A stretch of DNA of 63,568 nt, filler included, from Hyphochytrium catenoides (taxonomy: Eukaryota; Protista; Hyphochytriomycota): assembly GCA_900088475.1 (NCBI GenBank). It is 11 parts of 11 records of this genome, joined end to end, with 100 filler letters (N's around TTAATTAATTAA, not from the genome) between each part and the next. Parts side by side here need not be neighbours in the genome. Positions count along the whole stretch, not along the records: positions 46,823 to 59,779 come from FLMG01002464.1; 10 more parts are not named here. One strand, written 5' to 3'. Positions 48,570-59,879 of the stretch are shown here, piece by piece. The notes under the pieces are model-generated. The model saw nothing but the letters and a program-made list of their open reading frames with translations. It did no database searches and was not told where the DNA came from. The translations under genes and the position numbers were made by a program. Position 1 is the stretch's first letter, and every line of letters begins with the position of its first letter.

Positions 48570-50252
48570 ATGAAGCTTTGTTCCCCATATTTTCTTCTTC
48601 TAGCCGCAGCTGGAGTGCAGATCCTCCTTCTGGGTTCTTCGGAAGCACAACCGAAAGCTGGTGGGCAGGTGCGAAGTCCAATCAAAGAGGATGAAAACTA
48701 CTTTAGGTAAGGTCAATGCTCTCATTCTCTTTCACTCTTCGGAAGCACAACCGAGAGTGCCATTTCGTTCCATCTTGTAGAAAACAAACTCTACACCTAC
48801 ATCTCTCTCTCTCTCTCTCTCTCCCCTCCTCTCTCTGCAAAAGTTGCTAGCTTATCCCTTCCTTTGTTAGTCTACTTAGGCACTATCCAGAGGTCAACCT
48901 CTCTCTCTCTCTCAATATCTCACAAAACTCCACACACGCACTCATATGCTCTTCCACCTATCTTCTTGGCTGATCTCTCCCTTTTCAGGACTCAGCATGC
49001 ACAATTTGTGGAGAAGTACCAGATCAAGTACGCCGATGATGGTGAGCGAGAGGCTCGCTATAATGTCTTCAAAGAGAATCTTCGCTATATTAATCGGCAT
49101 AACAAGGAGGCAGACAAGGGCGTCCACTCCTTCAGACTTCGGATGAACAAGTACGGAGATATCTACGACGAGGAGTATCCCGGCTATAGAGGCGGAGAAA
49201 TGCTTCCTTCGAGTCGCCGTCTGAATGAGCAGCTTCTCTCTCTTCAAGATCAAACTCTAGGAAGGAAGCTGCAGACAGAAAGCACGGCGACCGTTCCTGC
49301 AAGCTGGGACTGGAGGAAAGTACTGCCCGCGGCTTTTGGTAAAGCAAAGAATCAGAAATATTGCGACACCTCCTGGGCTTTTAGCACTGTGGGCACTCTC
49401 GAGGGCTTATACGCTGAGATGGTACGCTGCTCTTGCGCCTATGCGACCTCTTTTCTCTCTCTCCCTCTCTCTTTCCCGTTCTTGCTGTTCTCTCCTGCTT
49501 TATAACGTCATGTCACAGCTAATCTGTCCCTTGTTTCCGTCGCTATTGTCAACATCAGGCACCAGTCTTACCTTTCCTTTCCGTTCTCTTTTCTTGCTCT
49601 ATAGACCGGGAAAGCCGTCAGCTTCTCTGCGCAAGCCATGTTGGACTGTGCCGATGGTGGTGAGGCACTTTGCGGCCCTAACAGTCAAGAGGTTGTTTAC
49701 GTCGAAGTTCTCAGGAACGAGGGCAAGGCAGTCTTAGAGGAAGATTATCCCTACTTTGGTATGAAGAGCCCAGCAGAATATGTGGACTGCAGCTTGACGA
49801 CCGCGCCCGCGGTAAGAACAGAAGGCAACTTCATCGGCTACGGCTGGGTCAACAGCAGTGAGAGCGAGCTCATGAAGGCAGTCTACTATCGCCCTGGGGT
49901 CTCAGTGAGCTACGACGCCAACCCAAAGGAAGTACGGTTCTATGGAGAAGGCGTACTCGATACCAAGTCTTGCAGTGGAACGTGGGGACAGCAGACACAG
50001 TCAGCGCTCCTAGTGGGCTATGGAACAGACAAGAAGGGAAGAGACTATTGGATTCTTAGAAACTCCTGGGGAGATGACTGGGGAATGGAAGGCGGCTACT
50101 TTCTTGTGGCGAGAAATAAGAACATGTGCGGCATTGGCCAGTCTATTGGCGTCTTCCCGCTTTGGAACAGCGAGGAGGAGAAAAAGAAAGGTCTCACTCG
50201 CCCCGGATCGTTGTTCTTGGGAAGAGAGGGGCCTGCTGTGCTTCCTCAGTAG
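48570..50252 (+). CDS. Papain-family (C1A) cathepsin-L-like preproprotein, predicted catalytically inactive
   Basis: Exons 48570-48706 (signal peptide MKLCSPYFLLLAAAGVQILLLGSSEA), 48989-49421 and 49605-50252. I29 prodomain with ERFNIN (EREARYNVFKENLRYINRHN), VPASWDWR, KNQKYCDTSWAFS, SAQAMLDC, QSALLVGYG, YWILRNSWG, NMCGI. Confidence 0.95.
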
Positions 50253-50989
50253 CTTCTGCCAGGCACAGTTCACCGTCAAGAAGTTTGCCGATCTCACGTG
50301 ACTGAATAACTGGCCGGCCGGTTGATTGCTGCCAGCAGAGTAGCTCCCTCTGCTCCTTCCATCTTTCTCTCTCTCTCTCGACGCCTCTCTCTCTTTCTCT
50401 CCCTCTGTCGAACACAAGTTCACTCTTCTTAACATCCTTGTTGTTTGTCGTTTGTCTTACGAAGAACTGCATTGCCTGCCGTCCCCTTCTCACCTTATGC
50501 CCTCTTCGCTTGTTTAGACACCCCTCTGTGCCCTCCGCCCTGTTCAATCTTTCGGATGGTGATCGTCATCTCCTCCTCTCACTGTTGACAGTTGGCTCTG
50601 TGCCGTGGCCTGAGCAGGTTAAGTTTTCTAAGGAAGATATAAGCATAGATACGTTATCGATCATCATCAATGGGATCACTTCCCTTTCTCCTCCTCCCCT
50701 CTTCTCCCCTCTCCTACACTCCTTTGCCCTGGCTACTCCTGCTCTTGCCTCCTCCGTGCCTGCCTCACTGGCCACGCCTGCACTCATTCTACTGCTGCTG
50801 CTACTAGCTCAGCTCCACGGACACAAGGTCACTCTTGAGAAGACGGTGACATTGAGCTTTATAATGGAGACACAATCAATGGCTTTGGCAGGATGCGTGA
50901 ACACTGATCAGCGGCGGGGCAAAAGCGACGCCCAGGACTGTATTTTATCCCTCGTAGTTGGCGGGTTTTGCCCTAACCCCTACCTTCGG

Positions 50990-51442
50990 GTGTTCTCCTG
51001 GAGGATACGTGAACAAAGACTACAAGTCTTGCTTTATCAGACACCCCCTCGTAGTTTGCCAGTTTTGCCCTTGGAAGTCCTGCCTCTGGAGTGTTCTCCT
51101 GGAGGATACGTGAACAAAGGCGGACTACTGGTCTTGCTTTATCAGACATCCCCTCGTAGTTCGCCAGTTTTGCCCTTGGAAGTCCTGCCTCTGGAGTGTT
51201 CTCCTGGAGGATACGTGAACAAAGGCGGACTACTAGTCTTGCTTTATCAGACATCCCCTCGTAGTTGGCCAGTTTTGCCCTTGCAAACCCTACAAGTATT
51301 ACAAGTACAAGTACCTCCCTGAGTGTTCTCCTGGAGGAGACGTGAACAAGGGCGGACTACCAGTCTTCCTTTATCAGACACCCCCTTGTAGTTGGCTCAA
51401 TGCACCATACAGTGCAGCAACTTCTAGGTCTTCTCCTGGAGG
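50990..51442. repeat. ~105-bp minisatellite, about 3.7 copies plus a short remnant
   Basis: Units beginning gtgttctcctggagga start at 50990 (101 bp), 51091 (105 bp), 51196 and 51323, with a 12-bp remnant at 51431. Confidence 0.92.
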
Positions 51443-52322
51443 CTGTCTGAAAATGTGGAACTATCCTGAATGAAACCGCATGACAGATTATCCGGGTCCC
51501 ACAAGTTGCGGCGCCTCCAGTTTGGAATATAAAGACTTGAGCAACGGTGAGACAAGCTTAGCTCTTCACAGAGCGGACGATTAAATTTCTTTAATTTCTC
51601 GAGACCGCCCGCCCCAGCCTCTGGGGCATTGTGCCACTCGTCCTCGCTCCTCTAAAACTATCCTCCGCTTCATCACTTCCTTTGAGGCCGAGCTGCTGTC
51701 CTCCGTCCGCGTCATCGGTGTCTCATCTTCTCAGTCTCTTCTTCCTGGGTGGCGGTAGTTCCTAGTGGTTGACAGAAGCAGCAAGCACGGGCGTGATGTT
51801 GATGAAAGGGAAGGGAGCTACGCATTAGGGGCTGCGGGCAGCAGCAGGACAGGTAGCGGCGGCCGCAGATAGAAGCGGAGTAGCAGTTGCTGCAGCGACT
51901 CCGAGAGAAGATAAGGGCGGACAGAGTAAGATGTTCTGGATAATGGGATGAGTGCAGGCAATGAAAAGGTTAAATGTATCTGCTGCTCTGACAATGTGGG
52001 GCTTGTGAGATGCCTCAGTCAACCTGGCGCTGTTGTTTTTCTCCTTATCTTGTTCATAATGAATGCACCTAGCTAGATCCTTATCCTTCTTCCCCTCTCA
52101 TTCACCGCAAAGGATCGAAGAATCACTATTCTCTCCAGGCAAGTGGGTCAGGAACAGGGCCGAGATGTCTAGAAAGGGTGCAGTAGGAAAAAGAGTCAGG
52201 ATTGGCTGCGTTGTTGTTCCTTGTCTCCCTGGTGCAAAATCATCGTCCGAGGAGGAGACGAATAGCTGCACTCTGCCGTTCGCTGTCTATAGGTTCTGAG
52301 AACCATAAAGGTCTTTAGACTA

Positions 52323-52802
52323 AAGACAATGGCATGATGAGGGCTTCTAGACCAGCTCTGGGTCCAGCCCTTCTCACCTGACCGGACGCGTCATTATCAG
52401 CTTTTTTTATTGAGCTTCATGTGCGCAAGACCGGCGACAAGACAATGGCATAATGAGGGCTTCTAGACCAGCTCTGGGTCCAGCCCTTCTCACCTGACCG
52501 GACGCGTCATTATCAGCTTTTTTTATTAAGCTTCATGTGCGCAAGACGGGCGACATGGCTCTCGTGGCCGTCCATATAGGGGCCTACGTATGCTGCTTAG
52601 AGTCTGAGGTCTAGGCAATCTCCTGCTCAGACAAGGTTACAGTCTTTTCCCTGCCCGGATGCGTCATTATCAGCTTTTTTTATTGAGCTTCATGTGCGCA
52701 AGACCGGCGACATGGCTCTCGTGGCCGTCCATATAGAGGCCGACGTATGCCGCTTAGAGTCTGAGGTCTAGGCAATCTCCTGCTCAGACAAGGTTACAGT
52801 CT
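52323..52802. repeat. Modular repeat A-B-A-B-C-B-C
   Basis: AB units 52323-52438 and 52439-52554 (116 bp each), C 52555-52645, B 52650-52711, C 52712-52802. Only a few substitutions between copies. Confidence 0.93.
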
Positions 52803-53377
52803 AGAAAAGAAAGACAGAGCTCGCCTTAAGATGGTGCCCAGTCAACGGAGGGAGGAGATGAGAGATTGGATGAGGACAGGTAACAAGTAAGGGAATACCA
52901 GGCAAGGACCCCCATACATAAGCAACAAGGGGAGAGGGAGAGACTGAAAACGAGAGAGAGAGAGAGAGACGGACAGAGGAGAGAAATGCAGTCCTACTAA
53001 TATATTATCATCTTGAGCAGAACGGCTCTCTAGGTTGCTAGGTTACACATAAGAGAGAGAGAGAAGAGAGGAAGAAAGAAAAATAGTTGAAAGAAGAAGA
53101 TGAGACAGACGTCAATCCAACAGGAACCACAGTCAAAAGGGGAAGATAGTCTACAGAAATAAATATCTAAAGGAAGCGAAGAGGGACATGGGCAGCACAG
53201 CAGAGACGAAGAGCAAGTCAGAGTCAAGCGGGGATAGAGAAGAGAGAAGAGCCTCATCAGGAGAACAAGAAGCACTCTTCCCTCTTGAAAAGAAAAATCC
53301 TAAGCATATCCTCGCTTTCTTCTTCTTTTATCTTTCTCTCTCTCTCTTGGATTCTTCCCCACTTCTTGAGAGCACCT

Positions 53378-56056
53378 TTAAGGCGTGCGTAGAGAAAGAA
53401 GCGAGTTGATGGCGATGATCTCTGAGCTCATGTGCACCTCGCCTCTTCCTCTCTCTTCCGTCACCGCGTCCTTCCGCTCTGGTAGCTTAGGAGAGGGAGC
53501 CGGAGGTGATGACCTCGAGCTTTCTTCTCTCCTCTCTGTTTCCTTTCTCTTCCGTGTCGTCTCTTGTTTCCCCTCATCTTCCCCTCTCGTCACGTCGTGC
53601 TTTGAATCTCTCTTTCTCTTTCCAAGACCCTCCGCATCGTGATCCTTCTCTTCAGTGGATGGTGGGACGAAGGGAGAGAACTCTGACGCGGGAGGGAGAG
53701 AAGAAGAGGAAGACACGGAAGAGAGTCGCATCAAAGAAACAACTGAGTCTCTTCCTCCTTCATCTCTTATTCCTTCTCCTCTGCCCGATGTACTGGTTGG
53801 AGTCTTTGGAGAGAGAAGACATTCCAGCTGACGCATGGGAGGCAGGAGGAAGGTCGGTTTCCCGGAACCTCCCTCTTCTCTGTTTCCAGAGAGAGAGAAA
53901 GGCCAGTCCTTCTTCCCAGCTCCAAACGTTAGCTTAGGAAGCGGTATTCCTTCAGCTTTTCCCTTGTCTTCTGTTTTCGAGCCCCAAGAGGAAGAAAAAG
54001 CCGAGCGATCGCTGGGGAGAGACGAAGAAGATTGTTGATGGGCTTTATTCTCCTCTCTCCTCTCCTCTTCCCTATCGGGAGAGGCTCTTTGCTGATGTTG
54101 GTCAATAATGTGCTGGACCTTCATCACGGAAGAAGAAAGAGAGGAAGTCGAAGAGGATGAGAGACGGTTTGTCTCATCTGCAGGCTCCTCTACTTTCTGC
54201 GTGTTTCTATCTTCTCTCTCGCTCTCTCTTTCCCTCCCTGGCGTGAGATCCACTCTGATTCTTCGCGTGGTAGGAGAACTGGGCTTTTGGCTGGCAACTC
54301 CTTCTATAATGCTTGGCTTCAAACTACGAGGCGTGTGGTAGGAAGACTGCAAGAGAGAAGAGGAATATGGAGGAGGTAGCAGTTGTCTCTCTCCTTCCTC
54401 TCCTCCTCTTCTCCCCTCTCTTTCCCTTGTGCTAGGGTAATTCGAAGGGAAAGGAGAACGAGAAGAAGAGGAGAAGGAGCCTTGTACTACTGCGCCCTTG
54501 TACTGCCAACCTGACGGTGGTAGGGAAGAACTCAAGGGAGAAAGAACCACGGCAAGCGAAGAAGAAGAAGGAGAGAGACCGAATGAAGGTGAAGGAATAG
54601 AGAGAGAAGGGGCAGACGTGGGAGGAAAGGCTCCTCCTGAGGTGCCAGGACCTCCAGCATTGGAGGGAGAGGAAGAGGCAGCTGCAGCCTCTGCTAGCAC
54701 CTGGGGGAGAGAGTCAAGAGATGGAGCAAGATGAGAGAGAGAGAGAAGCTTCTCTTTCTCTTCCATGTCCTTCTTCTGTTTCTTGCTGCCGCTCCTCCCT
54801 GTTGAAAGAAACTGTTTGACCTCGACGCCGCGCTGCCTCAGGACTGGCTGCCAGAGCCTCTTTCTTGCGTTGGTGAACCAGTTTGACACCTGCTTTATAT
54901 CTATCCCAGCAGCATGAGCCAGACGTGCCTTCTCCTGGAGACAAACACGGAAAGAAGAAGAGGAAAGAGAAACATAAAAAAAGGAGGGCAAGGACCTGTG
55001 TATGAGCGTCCAACGAGAGGATATAGAAGAAACCCAGAACTGATACGACGTTGTTTCTCTCTCTCTGTCTCTCTCTCTCTGTCTCTCTCTCTCCTCTTTC
55101 TCTCTCAATATGCTCTCTTTCTCTCTCGCGCGCGCGCGCTCTCTTTCTGCCTCTCTCCCCACTCCTTGTCTCTCCTCCCACTCCTTGTCCCTCTCCTTTA
55201 CCTCTTCTGTGGGATAAGGATGAGAGAAGTTCTCAGGAGCGAACATCCAAGCCTTAAGAATCTGCTTCGCCTCTGAGCATAAGTTTCCTCTCCGCGCCTT
55301 TCGAGGCGTCCTAGAGAGAGAAAGAGATATGCAGAAGCATCGTCAGACCCACATTGCACGACGAAGAGGAGAGGCCGGGGGAGAGAAGACAGAATGAGAG
55401 AGCAGGAAGAGAGGACAAAGGGAGAAGAGAGAGAGAAAGAAAGGGAGGAGAAGAGAGAGACAGACAAAGAGAGAGAACAGAGGAAGCAGAAGTGAGAGAT
55501 AGAGGGATAGAGGGGAGAAAAAAGCGACAGGAAGGGGAGAGGAGAGAGATACAGTCGCTCTATAGGCTTCCAGATGAGAGTCAGAGTAGAAGACAAACAG
55601 TAGTTAAAGCTTCTTGATAGGACTCTGAAGCAAAGAAAGCGTGTCTCTCTCTCTCTCTTACCTCGTTCCTCCTCCTCCCTCAGAGTCTCTTCTTGTTCCC
55701 TCAGCGTCTGAGGAGTCACTTTCCTCTCCCAATCCTTCTCCTGGCCCTGCTCTCCCTTGCATCATGCCTCTTCCTCCTCCTCCAGCAGTAGGAGAGAACG
55801 CAACCCAAGGGAGAGAAACGAGCATTGTTGGAGACGCTCCTCCTCCTCCTATCGCTCCTCCACCGTTTATAAAAGACGAAGGCGGCCGCAGTAAGTGCGG
55901 GGAAGAGAGAGAGGGAGAAGGTCCAGCGCCATTATTCCAGAAGAAAGACCCCTGCTGACCCATGGACGGAGGGAAGGCTGAAGAAAGAAGGAACAGATAA
56001 AGGAGAAGAGAGGGATGTGAGATGGAAAAATATGAGAGACAAAAAGAAAGAAAGAC

Positions 56057-56106
<50 letters not shown>

Positions 56107-56840
56107 GACACCAAGAAGGAAAGAGCAGCCATGGAAGAACAAAGAAGAAAGAAACAAGATACGTATTCTGTTCTCTTACCTCCTAAGTGCTGGGCACTAC
56201 CATCCACGACAAAAGAGGAAGACGACGCGGCCGAAGAAGAGAGGAGAGGCGAGGCCCAGGATTGGAGAGAGAGAGACGCTCCACTACTAGCGTAGGGCGC
56301 TGTTGTCTGTTGTGCAGAAGACGGAGAAGGGAGAGAGTATACAACGCTGCCTCCTCCTTCTCCTCTCATCAAAGAAGGAGAGGGAAAGGGAGAACTGGAC
56401 GGTGGGAGAGGAGGAAGAAGAGAAGGCACTATTCTTCCTCCTCCATCTCGCCCTTGAGTCGCCGCGCTAGGAAGAAGCTGCTGTCCGGGGAGAGGAAGAG
56501 AGAGACCAGAAGAAGAGAAAGAGGAAGGATTTGAGAAAGGCGACGGTGGTGGACCTGGGAAAGACTGCGGCGGCGGGGGAAGAGGCGGAAAGGAAGTGGG
56601 AGAGGGAAGAGGAGGAAGAGAGAGAGTTTTCGGCATCATCTGCTGCTGGACATGAGGAGACAGAGCAAGTGGCGTTGAAAGAGAAGAAGAGACGGAGTGA
56701 AGAGTTGGAGAAGAAGAAGAGAGAGAAGTGTTTGAGAATAAAGAGTCTCTCTGTCTGCTGTCCGCTTTGTGGTGGTGCATCACCAGCCGGGCAGAAGAGG
56801 AAGAAGAGAGAGATGATGAAGAAATGGAGGGAGCTTCCAT
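53378..56840 (-). CDS. TALE-class homeodomain transcription factor
   Basis: Exons 56163-56840, 55662-55954, 55202-55310 and 53378-54934. Homeodomain RKARRGNLCSEAKQILKAWMFAPENFSHPYPTEE/EKARLAHAAGIDIKQVSNWFTNARKRLWQP has the PYP loop. Flanks are S/P-rich; the start codon is less certain. Confidence 0.92.
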
Positions 56841-57081
56841 AGCATCCCGCTGGAGGGAGAAGCAAAGAAAGTCCTTCGATCTTCTGCAGAGCCAGTTCTT
56901 CCAAACCTTAAAGCTTCAGAATTCGCCTTGAAGCTTCAGAAGTTAGGTCTCAAAGCTCCAAAAGATCTGCAGAAAGCTTCAGATAATCTTCAGATCGAAA
57001 GCCCCAAAAGAGTCCGCAGAAAGCTTCAGGAAGTCTCCAAAAAGCCACGGAGAATCTGCAGAAACCTTGAGAAGGTCTCTA

Positions 57082-57096
57082 GGAAGCTTCAAGAAG
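57082..57096. promoter_or_regulatory. Candidate heat-shock element (nGAAnnTTCnnGAAn)
   Basis: gGAAgcTTCaaGAAg about 245 bp upstream of the homeobox ATG, within a degenerate repeat array. Confidence 0.3.
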
Positions 57097-57960
57097 TCTG
57101 CAGATATCTTCAGACTCGACAGCAGCAGTGATTCTCAGGTTCCTGGTCTGTCCCAATAAACTCAGTCATTTGATTCACCACCGTGAGCTGCGACTCTTTC
57201 CTTTTTGAAGGTCGAGTCTCTATGCAGAGCAACTGAAGAGCGAGAGCGACACAGAGAGAAGATAAAAAGGAGTAGTCGCCTTGATGGAGAGGAGGAAGGG
57301 GAGAGAGAGAGAGAGAGAGAGAGAGATGGCCCAGCGCGTGTTGAAGCTTCACTTTCTTTCAAAGATAAGCTTTCTTCCCTCTCCTGTGACGCTAAAGAGA
57401 AGGTAGACTTTTATGCCGTCTGCTGTCTGCCCTGTTCACTATGTCAGCATCGGTACTCTCTCTTTTCTTCGTCTCTCTCTGTCTTTTTTTCTTCTTTCTC
57501 TCTCTTTTTTTCTCTTCTCTTTCCCAGCTGTGGCCTACAGGATCAAGAGACAGGAGAGGAAACAGAAGTCTTAGATGGAGCGAGCGGCGCAGAAGGGAAG
57601 AAAAGAGGGGCAGAGACGAAGAGAAGAAGGGAATAAGCTGTTGGTGCAAGCGCCACAACAAGACAGCTTCCTTTCACTTCTCTTCTCTCTCTTCTTTCTC
57701 CTCCCTGGTGTCCCACGATCTAGCTTCATTTGTGCTCTTCTCTGTCTTGATTCCTCTCTTCTCTTGGCCATGATCGACTGTCATATCTCTTTCAAAGGAG
57801 AGAAAGAGAAAGAGAGAGAGAGAGAGAGAGAAGAGATAAGGGAACTTTTTGACTCACAAGGGCAACTTCTTCCATCTCATGCCCAAGCTCCGAAGAGTTC
57901 TTTGGAGAAAAAAGGGCGATAGAAGTAGAAATAAGGAAATGGAGGACATAAGGAAGATAA

Positions 57961-58003
<43 letters not shown>

Positions 58004-58155
58004 GTTAAGACGTGAGGGGGAGGACAACTGCTGATGTCGAAGAAGAAATGCATCAAACGACGTTGCCTGTCCTCTCTTTCTTCCTCACCCAGACTCTTCC
58101 CTAGACCAAAGCACTTGATGCGACAGTCGCCCCCTGGAACTGTATCAAGAGCCCT

Positions 58156-58186
<31 letters not shown>

Positions 58187-58285
58187 TCCGCTCTTTCTCT
58201 CTCCTCTCTCTCGATAGAGGGAAATACCAGTAGGAAAAGGGCCACCAGAAAAATAGAACAGTGACAAGCAACAAGGCGGAGAATT

Positions 58286-58322
<37 letters not shown>

Positions 58323-58640
58323 AGAGAGAAAGAGAGAAAAAGAGAGAGAGAGAAAGAGAGAACAAAAGAGAGAGAGAAAAAGAGAGAGAGAAAAAGAGAG
58401 AGAAGGTGTAGGTCGCTCTCTCTCCTAGCAGAGGAAGTGAGGAAGACAAGAAGGGAGACGAAACATGGCCAAAGCCCCAACTCCTCGGGAGTTTTCTCCT
58501 TCTCAACTGCTAGAGGAACATTTACAGGTAAACCACGTCCTAGATAGGTTATAAAACAGTTTATAGCGGCGAATTATAAGGGTAAGACGCCACACTTGCA
58601 GTATGCTCCGTTCATTGACCTTTTGTGCCCTTGGAGCTGA

Positions 58641-58697
<57 letters not shown>

Positions 58698-59879
58698 TTT
58701 CTCTCTGTTCTCTCTCCCTCTCTCTTTCTCTCTCCTTTTCTCTCTGCTCTCTCTTTTGCTCTCTTTTTCTCGCTCCTTCGCTTGTCTCTCTCTCTCTCTT
58801 TCCTTCCCTATCAAGGTCCGTATCCTACCACACTTTCTTGTGCGTGTAGCCCTCTCTCTCGTCAGAGAAGAGAACGTGACACATGATGGAGGTTGTCAAC
58901 CAAAGTCACCCTCTGGCCAATACAGGGAGGGTGGTCCGTCGTACGACCTTATGGAGGACGCCATCCTCTCCTCTCTCTCTTCTTCTCTTTCGTGTTCTCT
59001 CTCTCTTTCTCTCTCTTCATGATGCACAAGAAGAGTATCCTGGACAGGGTGTGTTGGGGAGGTCTAAGCTTAGGCCTTCGCAGCTTCAACTCCAGTACAC
59101 CCATCAGATCTACATGCTTGCAGGGACTGGAAGAGAGACAGAAAGAGAAAAAAGAGAGAGAGAAACATACATGAATAGGAGAGAGAGAGAGACAAGAAAA
59201 GATGTTCTCTCTCTCGACTGCCCATCATGCTCCACTGTCTTTCGACCCAGGAGAGGTAGGCCATAAGATGCTGATGATGCAGGAAGCATCAGTGGATGCG
59301 CCTCTCTCTCGTGTCCCATCATCTTGCCTTGCGGCGCAGCACCGAAGATGTTGGCGGATGGTGAACGAGGGGAAAGGACGAAGAAAGAGAGGAAAAGACA
59401 CAGAGCTTTTTATAATCTTATAGGAGGCAGACATAGTATCTTTCATGATTATCAATCGTGTCTTTTCTTCCCTCTCTTCTCTTCTCCACTCCAAGATGTT
59501 TATCAGCCTATTAGTTCTATCTGGCTTATACTTTTGTCTCTATTCACTTCCTCTCTCTCTCTTTCTCCCTCTTTCTCTTTCTTTCCCTCTCTCTCAATGC
59601 AAAGCTCTTTCTGGCAGAGAAAGAAGCAGCCGACAGCTTATCATTATGAAGAGCACCGATTCCCTTCTGGAAGAGACGATGAACACGACGGGCGAGCGCG
59701 TCGCCTTTCACTCGTCTTCCTCTTTCCCTGTGTAAGGAATGGGACTGTGGTCTAAGGGGAAAATCTATTAATGAATATGNNNNNNNNNNNNNNNNNNNNN
59801 NNNNNNNNNNNNNNNNNNNNNNNTTAATTAATTAANNNNNNNNNNNNNNNNNNNNNNNNNNNNNNNNNNNNNNNNNNNN

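Noticed and set aside
48691-48892. Alternative cathepsin start (MKTTL) with a 13-nt microexon
   Set aside because: ATG 48570 gives a signal peptide and the correct splice phase without needing a microexon.
52355-52397. SECIS-like hairpin on the minus strand (ATGA...stem...GA)
   Set aside because: The apical loop lacks the conserved AA, the helix has a mismatch, and the upstream homeobox gene has no in-frame UGA.
50990-52802. CRISPR-like appearance of the two repeat arrays
   Set aside because: Whole units are repeated with no unique spacers, there are no cas genes, and the context is eukaryotic.
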